DNA from: Kiritimatiellia bacterium
GTDB lineage: Bacteria > Verrucomicrobiota > Kiritimatiellia > CAIQIC01 > Lenti-01
Assembly: GCA_017458625.1 (NCBI GenBank)
Contig: JAFTAH010000072.1
Coordinates: forward strand, 6,828 to 70,827
DNA length: 64,000 nt
Reading direction: 5' to 3'
Shown here: piece after piece, positions 27,524 to 36,578 of the stretch
Position numbering within the stretch: the first letter of the stretch is position 1
How the letters are laid out: each line of letters opens with the position of its first letter
Notes under the pieces: model-generated
What the model saw: the letters and a program-made list of their open reading frames with translations, nothing else
Databases searched by the model: none
Told to the model about the DNA's origin: nothing
Program-made: the position numbers and the translations under genes

Positions 27524-27627
27524 CCACCGTGGGTTGTTTGCAAGCTTGCCCGAGGGCAATTCCGGGAAAGACGCAAACGCCCGGCAGGCTCGGTCGGGCC
27601 CGACCCAAAACAACCCAGATGCGCCCC
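27524..27627 (+). repeat. copy A of the ~100-bp MITE-like/hairpin repeat family (terminal inverted repeats TGGGTTGTTT ... AAACAACCCAGATGCGC around a conserved core GGGCAATTCCGGGAAAGACGCAAACGCCCGGCAGGCT)
   Basis: Core ~90% identical to 51517-51575. The ends are reverse complements of each other. Lies between pgi and argG. Confidence 0.6.
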
Positions 27628-27757
27628 CGTGGGAATGAATTCCTGTTTTTTGCGTAGACGCCGCCCCCCGAGCGGGGTATGCTCCCCGGCCGTCGGCCCC
27701 CAGGACGCCTCGTAGGACCGCCCCGCGCCGACCACCCATCCACTCTACAGAAAGGTT

Positions 27758-29002
27758 TTGAAAATGGCGCTTACGTTGAAGGACATGAAGGGGCGGAAGA
27801 TCGGCATCTGCGTCTCCGGCGGACTCGACTCGAAAACCATCGCCACCCGCCTCCGCGAGGCCGGCGCCAAGGTGCTCTGCTTCACCGCCGACCTCGGCCA
27901 GCCCGACGAAAAGGACATCCGCGACGTCGCCAAGAAGATGGCCCCCTGCGGCGTCGAGACCGTCATCGTCGACATCCGCAAGCCCATGGCCGAGGCCTGC
28001 TTCCAGGTCATCAAGGCCGAGGCCACCTACGACGGCGGCTACTGGAACAGCACCGGCATCGGCCGCGCCGTCACCACCCGCGAGATCGTCAAGGCCATGA
28101 AGAAGCGCGGCATCGACACCCTCGTCCACGGCGCCACCGGCCGCGGCAACGACCAGATGCGCTTCGAGCGCTACACCAACCAGTTCGCCCCCGAGATGAA
28201 CGTCTACGCCCCCTGGCGCGACGCCGACCTCCTCAAGGAGTTCCCCGGCCGCACCCAGATGTGCGAATACCTCGCCAAGCACGGCATCGTCGCCTTCCCC
28301 GGTGGCAAGAAGCGCTATTCCACCGACTGCAACATCGCCGGCCTTTCCCACGAGGCCGAGGACCTCGAGTCCCTCAAGACCCCGATGACCATCGTCGAGA
28401 CCACCATGGGCGCCTGGCCCATGACGGCCCCCGACAAGATCGAGTCCGTCACCATCAAGTTCGAGCAAGGCCGCCCCGTGGCCCTCAACGGCAAGAAGCT
28501 CTCCCCCTTCGACCTCATCGTCGCCGCCAACACCATCGGCGGCCGCAACGGCCTGGGCCTGAGCCACGCCCTCGAAAACCGTATCATCGGCACCAAGAGC
28601 CGCGGCGTCTACGAGGCCCCGGGCATGGAGCTGCTCGGCCAGGCCCTCCGCTACGTCTACCAGGCCGTCCTCGACCGCCGGGGCACCGACCTGTTCAACC
28701 AGCTCTCCCGCTTCATCGCCAACCAGGTCTACGACGGCCGCTACTTCGACCTCTCGACCCGCGCCGCCTTCGCCGCCATCGACACCTTCGCCGAAAAGGC
28801 GACCGGCACCGTCAAGGTCGGCCTCTACAAGGGCAACATCCTCTTCCAGTCCCTCACCGGCGTCAAGGCCTCCCTCTACTTCGAGGAGAACGCCTCCATG
28901 GAAGACGCCCAGAAGGGCCTGAACCCCGTCTCCAGCCAGGGCTATGCGGAAATCCAGTCCGTCGAGGCCCGCTCCATGGCCAAGGCCAAGCAGGTCCCCT
29001 AG
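27758..29002 (+). CDS. argG: argininosuccinate synthase
   Basis: IGICVSGGLDS P-loop-like PP-motif, ...GATGRGNDQ..., overall type-I ArgG architecture. Confidence 0.9.
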   Translation: MKMALTLKDMKGRKIGICVSGGLDSKTIATRLREAGAKVLCFTADLGQPDEKDIRDVAKKMAPCGVETVIVDIRKPMAEACFQVIKAEATYDGGYWNSTGIGRAVTTREIVKAMKKRGIDTLVHGATGRGNDQMRFERYTNQFAPEMNVYAPWRDADLLKEFPGRTQMCEYLAKHGIVAFPGGKKRYSTDCNIAGLSHEAEDLESLKTPMTIVETTMGAWPMTAPDKIESVTIKFEQGRPVALNGKKLSPFDLIVAANTIGGRNGLGLSHALENRIIGTKSRGVYEAPGMELLGQALRYVYQAVLDRRGTDLFNQLSRFIANQVYDGRYFDLSTRAAFAAIDTFAEKATGTVKVGLYKGNILFQSLTGVKASLYFEENASMEDAQKGLNPVSSQGYAEIQSVEARSMAKAKQVP

Positions 29003-29061
29003 TCCCCTCCCCCCCATCTCCTCCCCCTTCCCTTCCCCCTGCCCTCCAAACCCTTGTGCGT

Positions 29062-29751
29062 TTACGTGCCCTCCCCCGTAATCTCGCAGCATTTCATCTT
29101 CCTCCTGCCTCCGATGGGCCCGTAAATGGCGGCGGGATGCCGCCCGTAGGCCGCCCAAAGCCTGTCCCCATACGCCCAATGCCACCACTCGAACGGGTAG
29201 TTCACGAACCCCGTGCCCCGCATCGCCGCGAAAAGAATCTGCCGGTTGCGGCGCTGACTGGGCGTCAGTCCCCGGGCATGGGACGCCGTGGTCGGGGTGA
29301 AGCCGAGATACTCGCTACCGCAGTCCGCCACTTGCCCGTCCCGCCGCAGGACGACATCCACCGCCCCGCCGGTCTGATGCCCGCTCTGCCGCGCTATGCG
29401 ACGCGCCAAATCGGCCTCGCCAGCCCTCGGTGCCGCCCGCCGCGCCTCCTCCTGCAGCTGCCGTTGCTCCGCTTCGTCTCGGAAGCCCGAGCGGACCTGA
29501 ATTGAAAAGCCCGGCGGCAGCAGCTCTCCCGCCCGCGCCAGCCGCTTCGCAACCCCTTCCCGCACCCAGACACCCTGCCATTCCACCAACCCTTCGCCAC
29601 ATTCCTCCACCCCCAACCGGTTGACATAGTAAGCGGGCAAAACCTGCCGCACCCCCAGCCGACAGAGCAACGCATTCCAGCGTTCCCGGAGCGTCGGCGA
29701 ACGGTTTCGCGAAACATCTGCCCCGGTCGGATGATTATCGGTGACCTTCAT
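29062..29751 (-). CDS. D-alanyl-D-alanine dipeptidase (VanX/DdpX-like, peptidase M15D)
   Basis: SGHQTGGAVDV and FVNYPFEWWHWAYGD motifs. ATG at 29751; the longer track ORF start is unlikely. Confidence 0.75.
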   Translation of the reverse strand: MKVTDNHPTGADVSRNRSPTLRERWNALLCRLGVRQVLPAYYVNRLGVEECGEGLVEWQGVWVREGVAKRLARAGELLPPGFSIQVRSGFRDEAEQRQLQEEARRAAPRAGEADLARRIARQSGHQTGGAVDVVLRRDGQVADCGSEYLGFTPTTASHARGLTPSQRRNRQILFAAMRGTGFVNYPFEWWHWAYGDRLWAAYGRHPAAIYGPIGGRRKMKCCEITGEGT

Positions 29752-29803
29752 TTCCAAAACATCTTTTGCGTGTATGCTCTCCGGCGGTTCCCGTTTTGTC
29801 CCG

Positions 29804-30337
29804 CTATCCGACCGGATCGCCGCAGACATCACGGCGTCCGCAATCCGGGCAGAAGTCTCCGCGCCAGACGGCATCAAACTGCGCCTCCAAAGGCGTGATG
29901 AGTGTCGGATCGTCGGTGATGACGCCATTCTCGAAGTTGCGCTTGCGGACGGACTTCGCCCCCATCCCGGCGCCGGTGAGATTCGCGCTGCCGAAGTAGG
30001 CAAATTGCCCGTCGATGATGACGCACTTGAAATGGACGCGCGGGCAGAGCACCCGCTCCATCTGCGCTAAGAGCCTCGGATAGCGGTCGAAGTCCTCGCG
30101 GAAGTTCGGCCCCGGCTCCTTGGCGTGGATGAGCCGGATCTCCACGCCGCGTCCGACCAGCCCGGACAGCACCTCCAGAAACGGCGCCATGCCGCCATTC
30201 TCCGAGTCGACATACATGTCCTTGATGTCGGCGGTGGCGATCCACAGCCGCCGCTTCGTTTCGGGCACGCGGTCGCGGATAACTTGCTCATAGATGTCGC
30301 GGTTGGCGAGGAAGCGGATCATGGCATCAGGGCTCAC
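29804..30337 (-). CDS. phospholipase D / Nuc-like HKD-motif protein (single HKD domain)
   Basis: HFKCVIIDGQFAYFGSANLTGAG contains the H-x-K-x4-D-x6-GSxN signature. Confidence 0.75.
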   Translation of the reverse strand: MSPDAMIRFLANRDIYEQVIRDRVPETKRRLWIATADIKDMYVDSENGGMAPFLEVLSGLVGRGVEIRLIHAKEPGPNFREDFDRYPRLLAQMERVLCPRVHFKCVIIDGQFAYFGSANLTGAGMGAKSVRKRNFENGVITDDPTLITPLEAQFDAVWRGDFCPDCGRRDVCGDPVG

Positions 30338-30517
30338 TGTTTAGGCATCAGCACGTCGGATTATCCTGGTAGTCCTTGGGTTGTGGTAAGCATGTCTTCC
30401 CCGCTTTCACTCGTTGCAGTCCACGCACACTTCTTTGCCGTCGCGTCCAGGGCTGTTTGCTGGTCGTCTGTGAGCTGGATCATCCCTCCGCCTTGCTTGG
30501 TCGCGCCTCGCCAAACA

Positions 30518-31075
30518 TCAACCGGTCGACACAACATCCTCTGAACACCCGCTTAATTCTTGATACACGGCTGCATCCCGGCTGGAGAAGCAGCAGAAGA
30601 TGACCTCCATGTCGGGATGGTGGGCGAGGAAGGCGCGGACTTCGCGGATGGCGATTTCGGCGGCGTCGCGGAGGGGGTAGCCGTAGACGCCGGTCGAGAT
30701 GCAGGGGAAAGCGACAGAATGGCAGCCGTTTTCGACGGCGAGGGCGAGGGAGTTGCGGTAGCAGGCGGCAAGCAGCTCCGGCTCGCCGTGCGCGCCGTCG
30801 CGGTAGACGGGACCAACGGTGTGGATGACAAACTTCGCGGGTAGCCGGAAGCCGGGGGTAATCCGCGCTTCGCCGGTCGGACATCGAACGCCCGGCCGCA
30901 CCTCCGGCACCTTGAGGCACGACTCGAAAAGTTCGCGCCCCGCCGCGCGGTGGATGGCCCCATCCACCCCGCCGCCGCCCAGCATCACCTGGTTCGCCGC
31001 GTTGACAATGGCATCGACGTGCAGAGTCGTGATATCTCCAAGGATAATGTTTCTATTACTCCCAATAATCATCAT
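30518..31075 (-). CDS. macro-domain protein (O-acetyl-ADP-ribose deacetylase, YmdB-like)
   Basis: [34 protein letters not shown]...[11 protein letters not shown]...[18 protein letters not shown]. Confidence 0.85.
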   Translation of the reverse strand: MMIIGSNRNIILGDITTLHVDAIVNAANQVMLGGGGVDGAIHRAAGRELFESCLKVPEVRPGVRCPTGEARITPGFRLPAKFVIHTVGPVYRDGAHGEPELLAACYRNSLALAVENGCHSVAFPCISTGVYGYPLRDAAEIAIREVRAFLAHHPDMEVIFCCFSSRDAAVYQELSGCSEDVVSTG

Positions 31076-31124
31076 TGCTACTCCAGCTTTTCAGCACGCG
31101 TAGGCGCGGAGAACGCGGAGGGGG

Positions 31125-32003
31125 TCAGGTGGAGCTGTGCTCGACCTGGCGGAGGAAGATGCGGGTGCGGGGGTTGTCGGAGGCGAAGATCTGGTCGGGG
31201 GAGCCTTCGTCGGCGATGACGCCGCCTTCGAGGAAGAAGATGCGGTCGGCGACTTCGGCGGCGAAGTGCATTTCGTGGGTGACGACGACCATGGTCATGT
31301 GGTTGGCAGCCAGTTCCTTCATGACGGAGAGAACTTCGCCGACCATCTCGGGGTCGAGGGCGGAGGTGGGCTCGTCGAAGAGCATGACGCGGGGCTCCAT
31401 GGCGAGGGCGCGGGCAATGGCGATGCGCTGCATCTGGCCGCCGGAGAGCTGCTGGGGATAGGCGACGGCCTTTTCGGGAAGGCCGACGCGGGTGAGCAGC
31501 TCCATCGCCTTGGCCTTGGCGTCGGCGGGGCTGACATGGCGAACGAGGCGCGGGGCGAGGGTGATGTTGTCGAGCACGGTCATGTGGGGGAAGAGGTTGA
31601 AGCGCTGGAAGACCATGCCCATGTCGGAGCGGTAGCGGTTGAGATTGGCCTCGCGGCGGCGGTGGGAGAGGTGGAGGTCGGTGCCGTCGGGCTGGATGGA
31701 GCCGCAGGAGACCAGCTCCTCGCCGCCGAACCAAATGCGTCCGGAGGTGGGTTTTTCCAGCATGTTGAGGCAGCGGAGGAAGGTCGACTTGCCCCCGCCG
31801 GAAGGGCCGATGACGACGACCACCTCGCCCTTGAGGATGGTCGTGGAGATGCCGCGAAGGACCTGGAGGCGGCCGAAGCTCTTGTGGAGGTCTTCGACGA
31901 CGATGAGGGGCTTGCCCGCCGGGACGACGGGGCGATCGGAGAGGAAGGGATCGTGGGCGGGGGCGGACACGGCGGCGGGCACGGAGGAACTAGGCTTCGT
32001 CAT
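31125..32003 (-). CDS. polar amino-acid ABC transporter ATP-binding protein
   Basis: Walker [10 protein letters not shown], signature [15 protein letters not shown], Walker [13 protein letters not shown]-loop. Confidence 0.88.
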   Translation of the reverse strand: MTKPSSSVPAAVSAPAHDPFLSDRPVVPAGKPLIVVEDLHKSFGRLQVLRGISTTILKGEVVVVIGPSGGGKSTFLRCLNMLEKPTSGRIWFGGEELVSCGSIQPDGTDLHLSHRRREANLNRYRSDMGMVFQRFNLFPHMTVLDNITLAPRLVRHVSPADAKAKAMELLTRVGLPEKAVAYPQQLSGGQMQRIAIARALAMEPRVMLFDEPTSALDPEMVGEVLSVMKELAANHMTMVVVTHEMHFAAEVADRIFFLEGGVIADEGSPDQIFASDNPRTRIFLRQVEHSST

Positions 32004-32005
32004 GG

Positions 32006-32746
32006 CTAGACCTCCTTTGCGCGGGTGTCGTGGAGGTGGCGTTCGAGAATGCCGAGGAGCTTGGAGAAGATCATGACGAGGACGAGATAGATGGCGGCGA
32101 CGGCGAGGAAGGGGATGTAGGCCTGGTAGGTCTGCGAGCGGATGATGGAACCGCCGCGGGCAAGGTCGTCGAGGCCGATGAAGGAAGCGATCGAGGTATC
32201 CTTGAGCAGGACGATGAACTCGTTGCCGAGGGCGGGCAGGATGTTGCGGATGGCCTGGGGCAGGATGATACGGTACATGCCCTGGGCATAGGAGAGGCCG
32301 AGGGAGCGGGCGGCCTCCATCTGGCCGTCCTCGATGGAGGTGATGCCGGCGCGGATGATCTCGGCGACGTAGGCCCCGGAGTTGCAGCCGAAGGCGAGAA
32401 TGGCGATGAGAACCTTGTTGTTGATGTTGGCGAAAATGATGAAGTAGGCGATGAGGAGCTGGACGGTCATGGGAGTGCCGCGGATGACCGTGATGTAGAC
32501 CTTGGCGATGGCGTTGAGGAAGCCGAGGCGTCCGTGCTTGTCGTGGGTGGAGCGGATGATGGCAAGGAGAAAGCCGATGAGGGCACCGAGGATGACGGCG
32601 CAGAGGGCCACCTGAAGGGTATTGCCGAGACCGTTGGTGATGTACTGCCAGCGGTTGTTCTTGATGAAGCAGATGTAGAAGTTCTCGGCGAAGGAGTTCC
32701 AGCCGCCGGCAAGAGCGTCAAGCATGGAGGAAAGGAAGGCGGGCAT
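32006..32746 (-). CDS. polar amino-acid ABC transporter permease (His/Glu/Gln/Arg/opine family)
   Basis: [25 protein letters not shown] motif, multiple TM helices. Separated by 3 nt from the ATPase gene. Confidence 0.85.
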   Translation of the reverse strand: MPAFLSSMLDALAGGWNSFAENFYICFIKNNRWQYITNGLGNTLQVALCAVILGALIGFLLAIIRSTHDKHGRLGFLNAIAKVYITVIRGTPMTVQLLIAYFIIFANINNKVLIAILAFGCNSGAYVAEIIRAGITSIEDGQMEAARSLGLSYAQGMYRIILPQAIRNILPALGNEFIVLLKDTSIASFIGLDDLARGGSIIRSQTYQAYIPFLAVAAIYLVLVMIFSKLLGILERHLHDTRAKEV

Positions 32747-32833
32747 AGGCGGTCAGGGCAGGAAAAAGGGAAAGGCGAAAACGAGCCGCCCCGTCGCGCA
32801 CGGCGGCGGACGGGGCGGGGGCGGAGCAGCTGG

Positions 32834-33607
32834 CTACTCGGCGGTGGCCAGAGCGTCGGACTTGGCCTTGTTGGCGGCAAAGATCTCGTCGAGGCGGCCT
32901 GAGGCCTTGAGCTCGCCGATGACCTCGTTGATGGTGGCGAGGAGCTCGGGCTGGCCCTTGGCGATGGCAATGGCGTAGTCCTCGGAGGTGAGGAAGTAGG
33001 GCTCGGAGGTGATGGCGAAGGCCGAGGCGTCGCCGCCGTCCTGGACAATAATGTTCTTGGCGGGGTCGACATCGGCGATCACGAGGGAAACCTTGCCGGC
33101 CTTGAGGGCGGCGAAGGCGGCGGCGGGAGAGTCGAAGCGATCAGGCTCCTGGCCGAGCTCGTTCACGCAGTAGTCGGCGGAGGTGGTGCCGTTCTGGACA
33201 CCGATGGCCTTGCCCTGGGCGTCTTCCTTGCCCTTGACGGGGCTGTCCTTGGCGGAGATGATGACGATGCCGGTGGTGACGTAGGGGTCGGAGAAGTCGA
33301 CCGTCTTCTTGCGGTCCTCGTTGACCGTGATGCCGGCGGCGGCGAGTTCGGCCTTGCCCGCGATGAGGGACGGCAGGACGGAATCGAATTCGACGTCTTC
33401 GACGGCCAGTTTCTTGCCCAGCTTGTCGGCGATGGCCTGGCAGATGTCGACATCGATGCCGACGACGGCGGTGCCTTCGCGGAACTCATAGGGCGGGAAG
33501 GTGGCTTCGGTGATCATGCGGATGGTGTTGGGGTCCTGCTTGGGGGCGCAACCGACGAAGGCGGCGGCGACGAGAAGGCAGGGCAGGAGGCGGGAGAATG
33601 CTTTCAT
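32834..33607 (-). CDS. amino-acid ABC transporter substrate-binding lipoprotein
   Basis: MKAFSRLLPCLLVAAAFVGC lipobox; SBP_bac_3-like sequence. ATG at 33607 (the track ORF start 33676 is an upstream extension). Confidence 0.8.
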   Translation of the reverse strand: MKAFSRLLPCLLVAAAFVGCAPKQDPNTIRMITEATFPPYEFREGTAVVGIDVDICQAIADKLGKKLAVEDVEFDSVLPSLIAGKAELAAAGITVNEDRKKTVDFSDPYVTTGIVIISAKDSPVKGKEDAQGKAIGVQNGTTSADYCVNELGQEPDRFDSPAAAFAALKAGKVSLVIADVDPAKNIIVQDGGDASAFAITSEPYFLTSEDYAIAIAKGQPELLATINEVIGELKASGRLDEIFAANKAKSDALATAE

Positions 33608-33760
33608 GATTATCCTTGGGTTGAGGTTTGTGGTTGCCATATCTTGCCAAATCTCACTGCTCCGGGCAAGCCACAACTGAGGTAACCCTGGTGAATGCCA
33701 AGGGAATAAAGGGCTGGGACCCCGCTGGGAACGGAGGAGACGGGAAAACTGGCGGGGGCG

Positions 33761-35275
33761 TCAGGGGGCGACGGACACGACGGCACTCTCCGCGGCATCG
33801 GGCACTTCGGCGGCGGGGGCGGGCGTCTGGGGAACGGCGGGGTGGGGCGGGGGCTCGATGCAGATGGCCGCCCAGCCGATGACGCAGGTGACAACACCAA
33901 CCGCCAGACCAACCTTGAACCACTCCAGGAAGGAGATGCGGAGGTGGGAGTGGCGTTCGAGGAGACCAAGGGCGACAATGTTGGCCGTGGAGCCGATGAC
34001 GGTGATGTTGCCGCCGTAGCAGGCGCCGAAGAGCAGGGCCCACCAGAGGGTGTTGTAGGTCGTGTCGAAGGAGACCATTTCCTTGATGACCGGCGAGAAG
34101 GCCGCGACGAAAGTCATGTTGTCGACAAACGCCGAGCCAATCGAGGAGATGCCGACCACGAGCGCGGAAAGCATGTGGGTGGAGAGGCCCCGGGTCGTCA
34201 GGGTGCGGAGCTTGAGGGCCATGTTGTCGGTGACGCCGGTGACCTCGAGACTGCCCGAAATGGCGAAGAGGAGCATGAAGAAGAGGAGTGTCTCCCATTC
34301 GACGTCCTCGCGGACGTAGTGTCCGGCGCGATGAGGCCGCCACGCCATGAGGATGCCGGCAGCGACCAGGGGCGTGACGATGAGGAAGGCATTGTGGTTG
34401 CCCGGCGTGCCGACGAGCCCGAGCAACGCCTCGATCTGGTGGTGGAAGGCGATGGTGGTGACGGTGGCGACGAGAATGAAGAGGCCCGTCTTGTAGGGGA
34501 TCTTGACCAGCGGGCCGAGGCCCTTGTGCTCGCGCCGGTGCTCTTCCATGCGCTCGGTCATCAGGCGGATGTCCTGGCGGAACCAGAGCAGCAGGACGCC
34601 GATCGTGGCGAGGATGCTGACCACCGTGATGGGCGAGGCGCCATGCAAGAACTGGGTGAAGGTGAAGCCGGCCTTGGTGCCGATGAAGATGCCGACGGGA
34701 TTGCCAAGCATGGTGGTCGGAGAGCCGATGTTGGTGCAGAGCACACCGATGAGGACGAAGGGGGTGGGGCGGATCTTGAGGGTGTCGCAGACCTGGAAGA
34801 CGAGGGCCAGGATGACGACGATGCTGGAGACCTCGTCGAGAATGCTGGCCAGCAGGGCCGAGAGCAGGCAGAGGATGATGGTGAAGGAGACGCCGGTCAT
34901 GTTCTTGCGGCTGATGATGCTCTGGATGATCCAGCTCATGAAGCCAAGGTCCTTGAGCACGCCGACGATCACCATCATGCCGCAGAGGAAGAAGATGATG
35001 TCGAGCTGGGTATGGCCGAGGACGTCGACCAGCGACATCGAGCGGGTCGCGACCAGCACCGCCAGCGCGCCGAAGGCCGCCGGAATGCGGTATTCGCTGG
35101 CCACCAGGATGGTGCCCACGACGAAGATGAAGGCACCGACCGCGATGGCGGACGCGCGGGTCGGGGCCAGCCCGCCGATGGCGGCGAGCCAGGCGACGAG
35201 GAGGGTCGCGGCGCCGAGCAGCACCGGCTTGAGCAGACGGGAAAACAGCGAAGGAGAGGCAGAAGAGGTGACCAT
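33761..35275 (-). CDS. ArsB/NhaD-superfamily (CitMHS/DASS-like) ion transporter permease
   Basis: ~12 predicted TM helices with internal duplication. Motifs typical of the arsenite/Na+-H+ antiporter permease superfamily. Confidence 0.7.
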   Translation of the reverse strand: MVTSSASPSLFSRLLKPVLLGAATLLVAWLAAIGGLAPTRASAIAVGAFIFVVGTILVASEYRIPAAFGALAVLVATRSMSLVDVLGHTQLDIIFFLCGMMVIVGVLKDLGFMSWIIQSIISRKNMTGVSFTIILCLLSALLASILDEVSSIVVILALVFQVCDTLKIRPTPFVLIGVLCTNIGSPTTMLGNPVGIFIGTKAGFTFTQFLHGASPITVVSILATIGVLLLWFRQDIRLMTERMEEHRREHKGLGPLVKIPYKTGLFILVATVTTIAFHHQIEALLGLVGTPGNHNAFLIVTPLVAAGILMAWRPHRAGHYVREDVEWETLLFFMLLFAISGSLEVTGVTDNMALKLRTLTTRGLSTHMLSALVVGISSIGSAFVDNMTFVAAFSPVIKEMVSFDTTYNTLWWALLFGACYGGNITVIGSTANIVALGLLERHSHLRISFLEWFKVGLAVGVVTCVIGWAAICIEPPPHPAVPQTPAPAAEVPDAAESAVVSVAP

Positions 35276-35281
35276 GGCAAC

Positions 35282-36223
35282 CTACTCGCGGAAGATCTTG
35301 TTGAGGAAGTACGGCAGCTTGATGACGCCAGCCAGCCGGGTGCCGTCCAGGACGTAGCAGGTGAAGGCGTTGCGGCGGACGAACTCGGCCGCCACGGAGA
35401 TGGCGGGGTCCGTCGTCTGGACGTGGGCGAAGTCTTTGTTGATGACGTCGGCTATGGAGGAGTTGCGCTCGTTGCGGAGCATGTCGACGAAAGGCTCGAA
35501 GTTGACCATGGGCGAGAGGTCGTGCATCCAGAGCAGGTACTGCGGGATGCAGATGCGCAGGAGGGCGTTGATGGTGACGACGCCGACCATGGTTCCGTAG
35601 CGGTCGACGACGGGCAGGATGTTGACCTTGAGCTCCGTGAGGCGGTCGATGGCCTTCTCGAGGCTGTCGCTCTCGTTGAGGGTCTCGAGGACCTCGTCGT
35701 ACATGATGTCGGCCGCCTCGAGGTGGCCGGAGACGGTCTGCTGCGAGCCCGCGAAGAAGCGGAGGATGTCGTGGGGGCTGTTGTGGGAGGCGAGGACGGA
35801 GACCGACTTGGGGTTGCGCAGGGCCGTGGCGATGGCCTTGAGGATCTGAAGGTGGATGGCCGGCTGGGAAAGGGGGGTGAAGAGCAGGATGATGAGCTTG
35901 ACGGGCCCCTTGCCGGGGGCGAAGGCGATGCCCTCGCGGGAGGTGAGGATGGCGACGTAGGGACGCTGGAGGTTGGCCAGGCGGGCGTGGGGCAACGCGA
36001 CGCCTTCGGCGATGACGGTGTCGCCGCGGGCCTCGCGGGCAAAGATGGCCTGCTCCATCTCGCCGGCGCCGGGCAGGAGGTGGACGCTGGCGAGGCGGGT
36101 GACCAGTCGATGGATGGCCTCGTCCCGGGTGAGGGGGCCTTCGCCGATGATGATGTCCCGTTCGTCCAGGAACGTGGCGACGGTCGTCTCCGTGGGGTTT
36201 CTGTTGCTACTAGTGGGGTCCAT
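35282..36223 (-). CDS. PTS EIIA type-2 (EIIA-Ntr-like) domain fused to a CBS-pair regulatory protein
   Basis: GVALPHARL phosphorylatable His motif of PTS_EIIA_2, followed by two CBS-like segments. ATG at 36223. 7 nt downstream of the transporter gene's start region, i.e. the two genes form an operon. Confidence 0.7.
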   Translation of the reverse strand: MDPTSSNRNPTETTVATFLDERDIIIGEGPLTRDEAIHRLVTRLASVHLLPGAGEMEQAIFAREARGDTVIAEGVALPHARLANLQRPYVAILTSREGIAFAPGKGPVKLIILLFTPLSQPAIHLQILKAIATALRNPKSVSVLASHNSPHDILRFFAGSQQTVSGHLEAADIMYDEVLETLNESDSLEKAIDRLTELKVNILPVVDRYGTMVGVVTINALLRICIPQYLLWMHDLSPMVNFEPFVDMLRNERNSSIADVINKDFAHVQTTDPAISVAAEFVRRNAFTCYVLDGTRLAGVIKLPYFLNKIFRE

Positions 36224-36578
36224 GGCTGTCTTGCCTCCGGCGCGGGTTGTCCGCAAAGCGCCTACTTTAGTCCAACCGGGCCTCGTTTCAATCCAAAACT
36301 GGGGCCGTGTCTTTTCGGCGCAGCCATTGCGGCAGCTCCCCTCCCGCACGACAGCGCCGCGAGCCGCCTGCCGCCCCAGAATGCAACTAAGTGCCAGACT
36401 ATTTGTTGGCCTGGGCTCCCCAAAAGTTGTGATATTTCGTCAGAACATTAGGAATCTTTCGATTTTCCCTTTTTCGGAGGGGGGCCGAGGAGAGGCCAGG
36501 GGGTGGCGGCGAGAAATTGGGGCGGGGCTCGCGTTTTGCGTTGCGGGCGGGGAGACGTGGAAGTATAAGGGGGGCGCC

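Noticed and set aside
27524-27627. Repeat copy A as an SRP (4.5S) RNA or other known housekeeping RNA
   Set aside because: There is a superficial CCGGGAAAG resemblance to the SRP domain IV loop, but it lacks the conserved GGUCCGGAAGGAAGCAGC helix-8 sequence. The element occurs in three diverged copies, which fits a repeat family rather than a single-copy essential RNA.
24681-27743. 1020-aa minus-strand ORF spanning pgi
   Set aside because: Only 24681-25688 (epimerase) is real. The rest is antisense to pgi (25872-27506 +) and consists of Gly/Ala/Val-rich low-complexity translation.
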